From an uncultured Oscillospiraceae bacterium (GTDB lineage Bacteria > Bacillota > Clostridia > Oscillospirales > Oscillospiraceae): DNA of 64,000 nt. Below, piece by piece: positions 47,500-54,888 of this stretch. Under the pieces are notes generated by a model. That model was given only the letters and a program-made list of their open reading frames with translations, ran no database searches and was not told the origin of the DNA. Location: the NCBI GenBank assembly GCA_910584395.1, contig CAJUAS010000001.1, forward strand, positions 116,887 through 180,886, written 5' to 3'. The position numbers were made by a program, and so were the translations under genes. Numbering within the stretch: position 1 is the stretch's first letter; every line of letters starts with the position of its first letter.

Positions 47500-47631
47500 G
47501 ACCCTCACCCCTTTCTTTGCGATATATATAAAGGTATAAGTCCTGTGGTCAGACGCAGTTTTGGTCGTGGTTTTCCCGTCTGTACCCCTCAAATGGGCGC
47601 AATGACACCACGATGGCATTTTTACGGGAAT

Positions 47632-47660
47632 ATTATGGCACAACCTGCCGAAGAATGCAA
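47632..47660 (-). promoter_or_regulatory. candidate sigma-A promoter of the giant gene (TTGCAT-17 nt-CATAAT)
   Basis: The minus strand reads ggcTTGCATtcttcggcaggttgtgcCATAATattccc, with the -35 at 47660-47655 and the -10 at 47637-47632. This would give a ~125-nt leader before ATG 47499. It lies downstream of the strong terminator at 47785-47820. Confidence 0.4.
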
Positions 47661-47784
47661 GCCTTTTTTTGGGTTTTCCTCAAATTGTCCATGTGGAACT
47701 GTGGAAGCTCCAAATCAATTGCCCCGATTTCCCGTGTTGCTCCCTATATGACGAGATATATTTTAGAAAAGTTCCCGCATTTTT

Positions 47785-47820
47785 CAAAAAAAAGGCGTCC
47801 TTTCCCGCAGGAAAGGGCGC
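47785..47820 (-). terminator. rho-independent terminator of the upstream lipoprotein operon
   Basis: The minus-strand RNA reads GCGCCCUUUCC-UGCG-GGAAAGGACGC followed by C-U8. The stem is 11 bp (one G-U) at 47795-47805/47810-47820. It lies 63 nt after the DUF4358 stop and separates that operon from the giant gene. Confidence 0.85.
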
Positions 47821-47882
47821 TCCTAAAAAAGCACATCTTCACATTTGTGGAACTTGCTTGTGGAAGCGGCGTGGAAAACTGC

Positions 47883-48347
47883 TCAACCCAGCGCGCGGTT
47901 CGCCGCTTCGTAGTCCGCCGCCACTAAAAACAGCAGGGTCTTGCCCCGCCGCTCCACCACGGCCTTCTCTAACTTGGGCATTTCCTTGGGGCGGTAGTCC
48001 ACGTTGGATTCGATCTGATACTCCAAATGGGCCTGAAGCAGCAGCTCTGCGTCCTCGGCCGCCTGTTCGTCGGTCATTTCAAACACCGCCACCTCTTCCG
48101 CAGTCAGCCCGGTAGAGCCAAAGCCCGCCGCGGCGGTCACCTTACTCTCGTCCAGCTCGTAGAGGCGCAGAAGGATGTCCTCCTCCAGCTCCTCTAACTC
48201 CTCGGAAAACGCCCCCGCATCCATCAGGGCCTTTGGGGTGCTTTCCGCGTCGAATTCCTTCGTTTCTTTCCCTCCGCAGGCCGCCAGACTCACCGCCAGC
48301 AGCAGCGCCAAAACCGCAGCTGCGCCGCGCTTTATCAGGGTTTTCAT
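47883..48347 (-). CDS. DUF4358 domain lipoprotein
   Basis: I place the start at MKTLIKRGAAAVLALLLAVSLAAC (lipobox L-A-A-C) rather than at the upstream track start 48398. The ATGA overlap with the stop of the preceding gene (48344-48347) supports this. The C-terminal pattern ...AEEVAVFEMTDEQ...YRPKEMPKLEKAVVERRGKTLLFLVA matches my recollection of DUF4358 proteins of Clostridia. Confidence 0.8.
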   Translation of the reverse strand: MKTLIKRGAAAVLALLLAVSLAACGGKETKEFDAESTPKALMDAGAFSEELEELEEDILLRLYELDESKVTAAAGFGSTGLTAEEVAVFEMTDEQAAEDAELLLQAHLEYQIESNVDYRPKEMPKLEKAVVERRGKTLLFLVAADYEAANRALG

Positions 48348-49192
48348 GCGTCCCACTCTCCTTTGTAGATGGTGTGCCGCTTCAGGTAGTCGAACCACTG
48401 CTTGTAAGGCTCACGCTGGAAGTGGACACCGTCGGCCACGCTCTCATAGGGCGGCTCCCCGGTCTCGTCGGTCAGTTCCTCCGCCGGATCGACCAAAAAT
48501 ACGTGCTTTTCTTGGGCAACCTCCCGCAAAATGTCATTGTAGATCTGCAAATGGCCGTTTTCAATGTAGCTTGCGATGCCCTTCTCCCGGCACTTCTTCT
48601 CGTTCACGGGGATGAGAAGCTGAATATAGATGGTGGCGTCGGGCTGCTGGGCGCGGATATCGTCCATGAGCTTGGCGAAGCGGTCGCGGTAGCCCATGTC
48701 GTTGTTCATGCCCAGCTCATTGACCCCAAGGCTCACATACACCTTCTTGTATTCGCCTTTTTTCAGCGCTTCCAGCACCTTCATCTTCTGTCCCTTGTAG
48801 GTGATGTCCTTTTTCTCTACCTGAAAGATGCTCAGGCCCGTGTGGACGATGAACTCGCCGTTTTTGATGCCGCTGTAAAGGCGGAAGCCGTCGATGCGGG
48901 AGTCGCCGATGAAGGCCGCGTCGTCAAAGTAGCTGTCCTCTACCGCCTCCGTCTCGGGCACAGGGCTTGCGAAGTCATAGTCCTCCCCCGCCGCCATGCC
49001 CGCGCCGTAGGTCTCCGGCGCAGGGGTCGGAGTGGGCGTGGGGGTAGGGGTCGGCGTCGGGGCGGGGGTGGGGGTGAACGTCTCCTCCGCAACCTTTGAG
49101 GGGGAGGGCGACGGGCTTACCGCCGCCTCCTTCGGGGTGCATCCGGGCAGCAGCAGAAGCGTGCAAAGCCCCGTAAGCAACACTCTTTTCAT
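48344..49192 (-). CDS. SGNH/GDSL-family hydrolase lipoprotein with a Pro/Thr-rich linker
   Basis: MKRVLLTGLCTLLLLPGC carries a lipobox. A (TP)n linker is encoded at about 49016-49075. The catalytic block I motif is FIGDS and the C-terminal motif is DGVH (D-x-x-H). Confidence 0.85.
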   Translation of the reverse strand: MKRVLLTGLCTLLLLPGCTPKEAAVSPSPSPSKVAEETFTPTPAPTPTPTPTPTPTPAPETYGAGMAAGEDYDFASPVPETEAVEDSYFDDAAFIGDSRIDGFRLYSGIKNGEFIVHTGLSIFQVEKKDITYKGQKMKVLEALKKGEYKKVYVSLGVNELGMNNDMGYRDRFAKLMDDIRAQQPDATIYIQLLIPVNEKKCREKGIASYIENGHLQIYNDILREVAQEKHVFLVDPAEELTDETGEPPYESVADGVHFQREPYKQWFDYLKRHTIYKGEWDA

Positions 49193-49194
49193 CT

Positions 49195-49878
49195 CTATCT
49201 CTCCTCTAATATGATCTCCGCCACTTGAGCCAAGCTGTTCGCCCGGTAGGTGGGTCGCCCGTCGTTCTCTTCGGAACGCGAATACCAGATGGAATCTATC
49301 CCGGCGTTGATCGCTCCCTGTATATCGGAGTTCAGGTCGTCCCCCACCATCACGGTGGCGGCGGGGTCGGCGTGCAGCGCGGCCAAGACCTGCTCAAAAT
49401 AGCCTTTTTCCGGCTTCCCGATCCCCATTTCCTCGGAAATGAAGATGGCGTCCAGATAGGGGGTGATGGGATTGTCCTTCAGCCGCCGCCGCTGGATATC
49501 CGACAGGCCGTTGGTGGCCAGCGCCAAGGTGCAGTGGGGCTTCAGGGCTTCCAAAAGTTCCTGCGCGTTGGGAAGCACGTCGCCGCAGTCGCCCAGATAG
49601 CGCAGATAGGTTTTGTTCCACTCCGCCGCGTCCGCCTCCACGCCCAGCGCCTTGGCAAAGTCCTCAAACCGCCGGAGCATCAGCTCTTCCCGGCTGATCT
49701 CCCCCCGGTGGTAGGCCGCCCAAAGGGGCACGTTGATGGACAGGTAGGTCTCTAAAACCTCGCCGTTATAGGGGATGCCCCGCTCCTCCATACTGCGCCG
49801 CAGGGCCTGCCGCTCGGTGGCTTCGAAGTCCAGAAGCGTTCCGTCGGCGTCCAGAAGCACTGTCTTATACCGCGCCAT
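49195..49878 (-). CDS. HAD-family hydrolase, YjjG-like noncanonical pyrimidine nucleotidase
   Basis: The start is set at MARYKTVLLDADGTLLDF (HAD motif I, DxDGT) at 49878. The track start at 49968 adds an implausible Cys/Trp/Arg-rich extension that overlaps the upstream gene. The C-terminal GDDLNSDI is HAD motif IV-like. Confidence 0.85.
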   Translation of the reverse strand: MARYKTVLLDADGTLLDFEATERQALRRSMEERGIPYNGEVLETYLSINVPLWAAYHRGEISREELMLRRFEDFAKALGVEADAAEWNKTYLRYLGDCGDVLPNAQELLEALKPHCTLALATNGLSDIQRRRLKDNPITPYLDAIFISEEMGIGKPEKGYFEQVLAALHADPAATVMVGDDLNSDIQGAINAGIDSIWYSRSEENDGRPTYRANSLAQVAEIILEER

Positions 49879-50350
49879 ACCGCTGTCCGCGTCTCCTTTC
49901 CGCCACCGTTCGCCGCATCCGCACCGCCGAGGATACCAACAGCACCCCCAGTGCCAGCGCGCCGGCAAACTCCACCGTGTGCATCAAAGTGTTGCCGAAA
50001 TTCCTTGTTTGACCGGAAATGGCGAACTTCATGGCGTAATAAATGCCGCCGCCGGGGACAAGGGGGAAAAAGGCCACCAGCAGATAACCGGTCACCGGGC
50101 ATTTGCGAAGCCGGGCCATGGTCTCGCTCCAAGCGGAGATGGACACCCCCGCCAGCAGGGCGGAGGGCATATCTCCCAGCCCCAGCGGCCTGCTGCACAG
50201 CAGATACACCAGCCAGCCCAGCGCGCCCCCTGCCCCGCAGATGAACATTCCAAGGCCGTGGATGTTGAAGATCACCGCAAAAGCCAAGCACGCGCCGAAG
50301 GCCCACAGGCAGGGCAGCACAAAGACCTGTATCACTTCCGTCAGTTCCAT
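49865..50350 (-). CDS. threonine/serine exporter family protein (ThrE_2/DUF3815-type small subunit)
   Basis: This is a 161-aa polytopic membrane protein (MELTEVIQVFVLPCLWAFGACLAFAVIFNI...). It is paired with the ThrE/DUF1212 gene upstream and overlaps the HAD gene start by 14 nt. Confidence 0.8.
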   Translation of the reverse strand: MELTEVIQVFVLPCLWAFGACLAFAVIFNIHGLGMFICGAGGALGWLVYLLCSRPLGLGDMPSALLAGVSISAWSETMARLRKCPVTGYLLVAFFPLVPGGGIYYAMKFAISGQTRNFGNTLMHTVEFAGALALGVLLVSSAVRMRRTVAERRRGQRYGAV

Positions 50351-50362
50351 GCCCGCCCCTCC

Positions 50363-51121
50363 TTAAAACATCTGGGCGATGCCCAGCGCCAGTCCTGTCC
50401 CCAGCGCGATGGCCACGCCGATGAGCACCGCCTCCGCCAGCTTGGAAAGCCCGGAGACCATGTCCCCCACCATAACGTCCCGCACCGCGTTGGTCAGCGC
50501 CACGCCGGGCACAAGGGTCATCAGCGCGCCGATGGTGACGAGGTCTGTGCTCTGTCCCAGCCCCGCCGCCACAAGGCCAAGGGCCAGCAGGGCGGACACC
50601 CCGCCCCCCGCGATGGTGCGGATGAAGAGGTTGGCTCTCAGCCCATCCATCCACCAGACGGTCAGGCCGATGGCCGCGCCACAAGCTCCTGCGCACAGCG
50701 CGTCCCGCCAGCTTCCGCCGAAAAAGAGGGTAAACATCCCCGCGCCAAAGAAATGGGCCAGCAGGATCACAAATTGGGAATACTGCTTCTCCCCCTCCAG
50801 TTCCTCCCGCAGGGCGCTCCGGGCCTGATCCACGGGCAGGGGCACGGCGCAGAGCTTGCGGCACAGGCCGTTCATGGCCTCTAACTTCCAGATGTCCGTC
50901 CCGTGGTTGGGGATGCGGCGCATACTGGTGACCTCCCGGCCGCCGGTATGCACGGAGGCAATGAGGCAGTTGGGGATGGCGAACACCTCCCCCGTCTCCA
51001 CGCCGTAGGCTTTCAGCAGGCGGCTCACCGACTCCTCCACGCGGTAGATCTCGCCCCCCGCCAATTGAATGTGGTAGCCCACCTCCACCGCCAGATCCAG
51101 TATCTCCTCAACGTCCACCAT
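50363..51121 (-). CDS. threonine/serine exporter ThrE family protein (DUF1212-type large subunit)
   Basis: The start is set at MVDVEEILDLAVEVGYHIQLAGGEIYRVEESVSRLLKAYG (ATG 51121), preceded by the RBS GGGAGGG. The track start at 51289 would run into purL. Confidence 0.85.
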   Translation of the reverse strand: MVDVEEILDLAVEVGYHIQLAGGEIYRVEESVSRLLKAYGVETGEVFAIPNCLIASVHTGGREVTSMRRIPNHGTDIWKLEAMNGLCRKLCAVPLPVDQARSALREELEGEKQYSQFVILLAHFFGAGMFTLFFGGSWRDALCAGACGAAIGLTVWWMDGLRANLFIRTIAGGGVSALLALGLVAAGLGQSTDLVTIGALMTLVPGVALTNAVRDVMVGDMVSGLSKLAEAVLIGVAIALGTGLALGIAQMF

Positions 51122-51170
51122 TTTACCCTCCCAACGCGCCGGGTGCAAGTTACAATTCGCCAACAAAAGT

Positions 51171-54100
51171 TTACAAATAGTACGCCGCGCCGCCCTCAAA
51201 CAACGGCTGGAGCTTGTCCCCCACAATGTTGACCCCCACATAGCGGCCCTTGCGCTCGGTGTGGCCCATCTTGCCAAACACCCGCCCATCGGGGGAGAAC
51301 AGGCCCTCCACTGCGCCCACCGAGCCGTTGGGATTGGCGGAAATGTCCATGCTCACCTTCCCGTGGGCGTCCACATACTGGGTGGCGATCTGCCCCCCAG
51401 CCGCAAAGGCGTTCAACACCTCCGGGGTACACACGAACCGTCCCTCTCCGTGGGAGATGGGGATGGCGTGGATGTCCCCCACCTTGCAGAGGCTCAGCCA
51501 CGGCGAACGGGTGGAGGAAACGCGGGTGTAAACGTATTTGCTCTGGTGACGCCCGATGGCGTTGAAGGTCAGGGTGGGGCAGCTTGCGTCCGTGGGCCTG
51601 ATCTCGCCATATTGAATGAGGCCCAGCTTGATAAGAGCTTGGAAGCCGTTGCAGATGCCCAGCATCAGGCCGTCCCGGTGTTTCAGCAGGTCATGCACCG
51701 CGTCGGTGACGGCGGCGTTTCGGAACAGGGAGCAGATAAACTTGGCCGAGCCGTCCGGCTCGTCGCCGCCGGAGAACCCGCCGGGAAGGGCCACGATCTG
51801 GGCCTTGCCGATGGCGGCGGCCAGCGCGTTCACCGACTCGGCCAGCGCGGCGGCCGAGCCGTTGCGGATGACCAGAATTTCCGGGTCGATCCCCGCCTTG
51901 ACGCAGGCGGCGGCGGTGTCCAGCTCGCAGTTCGTGCCGGGGAACACGGGGATGACCGCCTTGGGATGGGCAATTTTATGCTGGGCCACAATGGGGGCCC
52001 GCTCGGTGCAGGAATAGGTCTCCGCCATCCCCTCTACCGGGGCGTCGGTGGGATAGACGTCCTCCAAAACCCCCTCGTTCAGGGTCAGCAGCTCGTCAAT
52101 GGGGGCGGAATCGCCGCCCAGCTCGATCACCGGTTCTTCCGTGGTGACGCCCCAGCGGGTCGCGAAGGGGCTGTCCACACCCTCCGTCAGCTCCGCTATG
52201 ATCGCGCCGGGCCATGATGTGTCACTCTCCCAAAAGCCGTTTGCTTCCTCCGCCTTGGCGGAGAATCCCACACGGTTTCCGAAAGACATCTTCATGATGC
52301 CCTCCGCAACGCCGTTCTCCACGGCCCAAGCCGCCTTCACCTTCCCGGCCCGGCACAGGGCGTGAAACTCCTCCCACGCGGCCTTCCGGCTCTCGGCAGT
52401 GTCCTTTTGCGGTGCGAACAGATACACCGGATGTCCCGGCTCTTTGAACTCCGGGGAGATGACCTCAGAAGCCTGAATGGGCGCAATGGCAAAGGAAATA
52501 AGGGTGGGCGGCACGTCCAGATCGAGGAACGACCCGCTCATGGAATCCTTCCCGCCGATGGCGGCGCAGCCATACTTTAGCTGCGCTTCCATCGCTCCCA
52601 GCAGCGCCGCCACGGGCTTGCCCCAGCGGCCCGGCTCACTGCGGAGCTTCTCAAAGAACTCCTGCAAGGTGAGATAGGCCTTCTTGTAGTCCGCCCCCGC
52701 CGCCACTAACTTGGTAAGGGAGGTGGTCACCGCCTCATATGCCCCCCAGTAGGGGTCGCGGCTCAATGTATCCGGGTCGCAGCCCCAGGCCATGACGCTG
52801 GCCTGCTCGGTCTCCTGCCCCGGCTCGACGGGCAGCAGCGCGGCCATGGCCTGCGCCGGGGTAGTCTGGTGCTTGCCGCCGAAGGGCATGAGGACGCTCC
52901 CCGCGCCGATAGAGCCGTCGAACCGCTCCACCAAGCCCCGCTGGGACGCGCATTTCAGGCTGGAAGCCATCTCCCGCAGGCTCACTTTTCCCTTGGGGCA
53001 CACTCCCGGCGCTTCCGGCACGTAGACCTTGGCGGTCTTTACCGCGCCGTTGGTGTTCAAGAAGTCCCGGCTCAGGTCGGCAATGACCTCTCCCCGCCAT
53101 TTCATCACCATCCGGGGGCTTTGCGTGACCGTCGCCACCACATAAGCCTCTAAATTCTCCCGCTCGGCGGCGGCAATGAACGCCTCCACGTCTTGGGGCG
53201 CGACCACCACCGCCATGCGCTCCTGACTTTCCGAGATGGCAAGCTCCGTGCCGTCCAGACCGTCATACTTCTTGCGCACCGCGTCCAGATCAATGCTGAG
53301 GCCGTCGGCCAGTTCGCCGATGGCGACGCTCACCCCCCCTGCGCCGAAGTCGTTGCACCGCTTAATGAGCCGGGTGACCTTTCCGTCCCGGAACAATCTT
53401 TGAATTTTCCGCTCCTCCGGGGCGTTGCCCTTCTGCACCTCGGAAGCCATGGTGTCCAAGCTCTTGAGGTCGTGGCTCTTGGACGAGCCGGTCGCGCCGC
53501 CGATACCGTCCCGCCCGGTGCGCCCACCCAGCAGGATCACCACGTCGCCGGGGGCAGGCCGCTCCCGGCGGACATGATCGGCCGGGGCTGCGCCCACCAC
53601 CGCGCCGCACTCCAAATGCTTGGCCACATAGCCGGGGTGGTACAGCTCGGAGACCTGCCCGGTGGCAAGGCCGATCTGGTTGCCGTAGGAGGAATACCCC
53701 GCCGCCGCCGTCTGGCAGAGCTTGCGCTGGGGGAGCTTGCCCTCCAGCGTCTCCGAAAGAGGTGTTCTGGGGTCGCCGCAGCCGGTGACCCGCATGGCCT
53801 GATGGACGTACACCCGCCCGGAGAGGGGGTCGCGGATGCACCCGCCGATGCAGGTGGCCGCGCCGCCGAAGGGTTCGATCTCGGTGGGGTGGTTGTGGGT
53901 CTCGTTTTTGAACATCAAGAGCCAGTCCTGCTCCTTGCCGTCCACCACGGCGGGGACGTGGATGGAGCAGGCGTTGATCTCCTCGCTCTCGTCCAGCTCG
54001 GGGAGGAGACCGCGCTTTTTCAGCACTTTTGTCCCGATGGTGGCCATGTCCATGAGGGTCACGGGCCGCTTCGCGGCCTTCTCCTTGCCGTAGACCTCCT

Positions 54101-54863
54101 CCCGGGCCGCCAGATAGTCCTCGTAGGCCGCCTGCACGGTTTTGTCCTGAATCTCCACCCCCTCCAGATGGGTGGAGAAGGTGGTGTGGCGGCAGTGATC
54201 CGACCAGTAGGTGTCCACCACCCGCACTTCGGTGACGGTGGGGTCGCGGTGTTCCTCGTCCCGGAAATAGGCTTGCAGGAATTTCAAGTCCTCCAAGTCC
54301 ATGGCAAGGCCCATCCCGCCCCGCAAGGTCTCCAGCGCGGCGGTGTCCATGGCGGCGAAGCCGGCCACAGCCGCCACCGCCTTGGCTTCGGGGTACTGCT
54401 GAACGAGGGTAGCGGGCTTGTCCAAAGCAGCCTCCCGGCTCTCCACCGGGTTGATAAGGTATTTCTTCGCCTTGTCCAGCTCTTCGCCGGTGACCTCGCC
54501 AAAGAGCCAGTACACATCGGCGCAGCGCACGGCGGGCCGTTCGCCCCCCGCCAGCATTTGCAGGCACTGCCCGGCGGAGTCGGAGCGCTGGTCAAACTGC
54601 CCCGGCAGGGCTTCCACGGCAAACACCTGAACCCCCTCGGCCTCCGGCGTCTCTTCAAAGACCTCGTCCACCTGCGGCTCGGCAAAAACAATGTTCTTTG
54701 CCCGGTCATAGGTCACCTGATCGATCCCCTCCACGTCGTAGCGGCGGAAGATACACACATCGGTCAGGCCCTTCAGCCCCAGCACCTCCCGCAGCTCCCG
54801 CGTCAGGGCGCGGCCCGCCACATCAAAGGCCTTCCTCTTTCGCACAAAGCACCGAAATACCAT
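51171..54863 (-). CDS. purL: phosphoribosylformylglycinamidine (FGAM) synthase, single-chain large type
   Basis: The 1,230-aa protein has the FGAM synthase N-terminal, AIR-synthase-like and C-terminal glutamine amidotransferase regions (...ALPGGFSGGDE...LGICNGFQAL...ISHGEGRF...). Confidence 0.95.
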   Translation of the reverse strand: MVFRCFVRKRKAFDVAGRALTRELREVLGLKGLTDVCIFRRYDVEGIDQVTYDRAKNIVFAEPQVDEVFEETPEAEGVQVFAVEALPGQFDQRSDSAGQCLQMLAGGERPAVRCADVYWLFGEVTGEELDKAKKYLINPVESREAALDKPATLVQQYPEAKAVAAVAGFAAMDTAALETLRGGMGLAMDLEDLKFLQAYFRDEEHRDPTVTEVRVVDTYWSDHCRHTTFSTHLEGVEIQDKTVQAAYEDYLAAREEVYGKEKAAKRPVTLMDMATIGTKVLKKRGLLPELDESEEINACSIHVPAVVDGKEQDWLLMFKNETHNHPTEIEPFGGAATCIGGCIRDPLSGRVYVHQAMRVTGCGDPRTPLSETLEGKLPQRKLCQTAAAGYSSYGNQIGLATGQVSELYHPGYVAKHLECGAVVGAAPADHVRRERPAPGDVVILLGGRTGRDGIGGATGSSKSHDLKSLDTMASEVQKGNAPEERKIQRLFRDGKVTRLIKRCNDFGAGGVSVAIGELADGLSIDLDAVRKKYDGLDGTELAISESQERMAVVVAPQDVEAFIAAAERENLEAYVVATVTQSPRMVMKWRGEVIADLSRDFLNTNGAVKTAKVYVPEAPGVCPKGKVSLREMASSLKCASQRGLVERFDGSIGAGSVLMPFGGKHQTTPAQAMAALLPVEPGQETEQASVMAWGCDPDTLSRDPYWGAYEAVTTSLTKLVAAGADYKKAYLTLQEFFEKLRSEPGRWGKPVAALLGAMEAQLKYGCAAIGGKDSMSGSFLDLDVPPTLISFAIAPIQASEVISPEFKEPGHPVYLFAPQKDTAESRKAAWEEFHALCRAGKVKAAWAVENGVAEGIMKMSFGNRVGFSAKAEEANGFWESDTSWPGAIIAELTEGVDSPFATRWGVTTEEPVIELGGDSAPIDELLTLNEGVLEDVYPTDAPVEGMAETYSCTERAPIVAQHKIAHPKAVIPVFPGTNCELDTAAACVKAGIDPEILVIRNGSAAALAESVNALAAAIGKAQIVALPGGFSGGDEPDGSAKFICSLFRNAAVTDAVHDLLKHRDGLMLGICNGFQALIKLGLIQYGEIRPTDASCPTLTFNAIGRHQSKYVYTRVSSTRSPWLSLCKVGDIHAIPISHGEGRFVCTPEVLNAFAAGGQIATQYVDAHGKVSMDISANPNGSVGAVEGLFSPDGRVFGKMGHTERKGRYVGVNIVGDKLQPLFEGGAAYYL

Positions 54864-54888
54864 CTCTGATCTCTCCCTTTCCCTGTGT

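Larger units (their letters stand above)
1..45100 (-). repeat. array of RCC1-type beta-propeller blade repeats (about 110 blades by eye, grouped into about 18 propellers)
   Basis: The sense-strand motif (V/L/Y)W(A/T/V/G)WG.N..GQLG recurs every ~150-180 nt. It appears in the plus-strand shadow ORFs as (A/T)P(S/C/A/D)(P/V/I/K)(D/H/N/Q)...AQLA. I checked first-blade W.WG motifs at DNA level and in frame at 226-240, 4819-4833, 6793-6807, 10720-10734, 13129-13143, 15241-15255, 17479-17493, 19309-19323, 21412-21426, 23611-23625, 26083-26097, 28372-28386, 30739-30753, 33613-33627, 35527-35541, 38194-38208, 42838-42852 and 45007-45021. The blade count is a hand count, not a computation. Confidence 0.85.

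Noticed and set aside
67-46374. Very long plus-strand ORFs from the track (67-3789, 3832-20433, 20512-33417, 33655-34134, 34210-42714, 43075-46374; up to 5,533 aa)
   Set aside because: Their translations are Gly/Val/Ala/Arg/His-rich and domain-free. All are in the same register (start = 1 mod 3), exactly antisense to a minus-strand frame that reads as textbook RCC1/Big_2 protein with a signal peptide and an RBS. For example, plus VVAPCPD is the reverse complement of sense VWAWGDN. They are antisense shadow ORFs of a high-GC gene.
140-47003. Dozens of 60-240-aa minus-strand ORFs inside 1-47.5 kb (e.g. 3786-4451, 8112-8648, 13713-14438, 18600-19157)
   Set aside because: All have end coordinates = 1 or 2 mod 3, so they are off-frame relative to the real gene. 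Their Pro/Thr/Ala/Arg/Trp-rich products (e.g. GHGATTATASWAAT) are frame-shifted readings of the RCC1 motif.
1-47499. Alternative reading of the region as several consecutive RCC1-repeat genes rather than one
   Set aside because: Splitting would need in-frame stops, and the frame has none between 47499 and 1. No complete ORF in that frame appears in the track, and there were no stops in any block I translated. No internal RBS-plus-signal-peptide restart was seen at unit junctions.
47545-48115. Plus-strand ORFs in or over the intergenic region upstream of the giant gene (47545-47751, 47613-47927, 47669-48115)
   Set aside because: They have no RBS and odd composition. They run through the minus-strand terminator and into the antisense of the DUF4358 gene. 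The region is better explained as terminator plus promoter/leader.
49016-49075. Short tandem (ACC-CCN)n-like repeat that might look like a microsatellite or repeat element
   Set aside because: It is in frame in the SGNH lipoprotein and encodes a (Thr-Pro)n linker directly after the lipobox, so it is an ordinary low-complexity tether.
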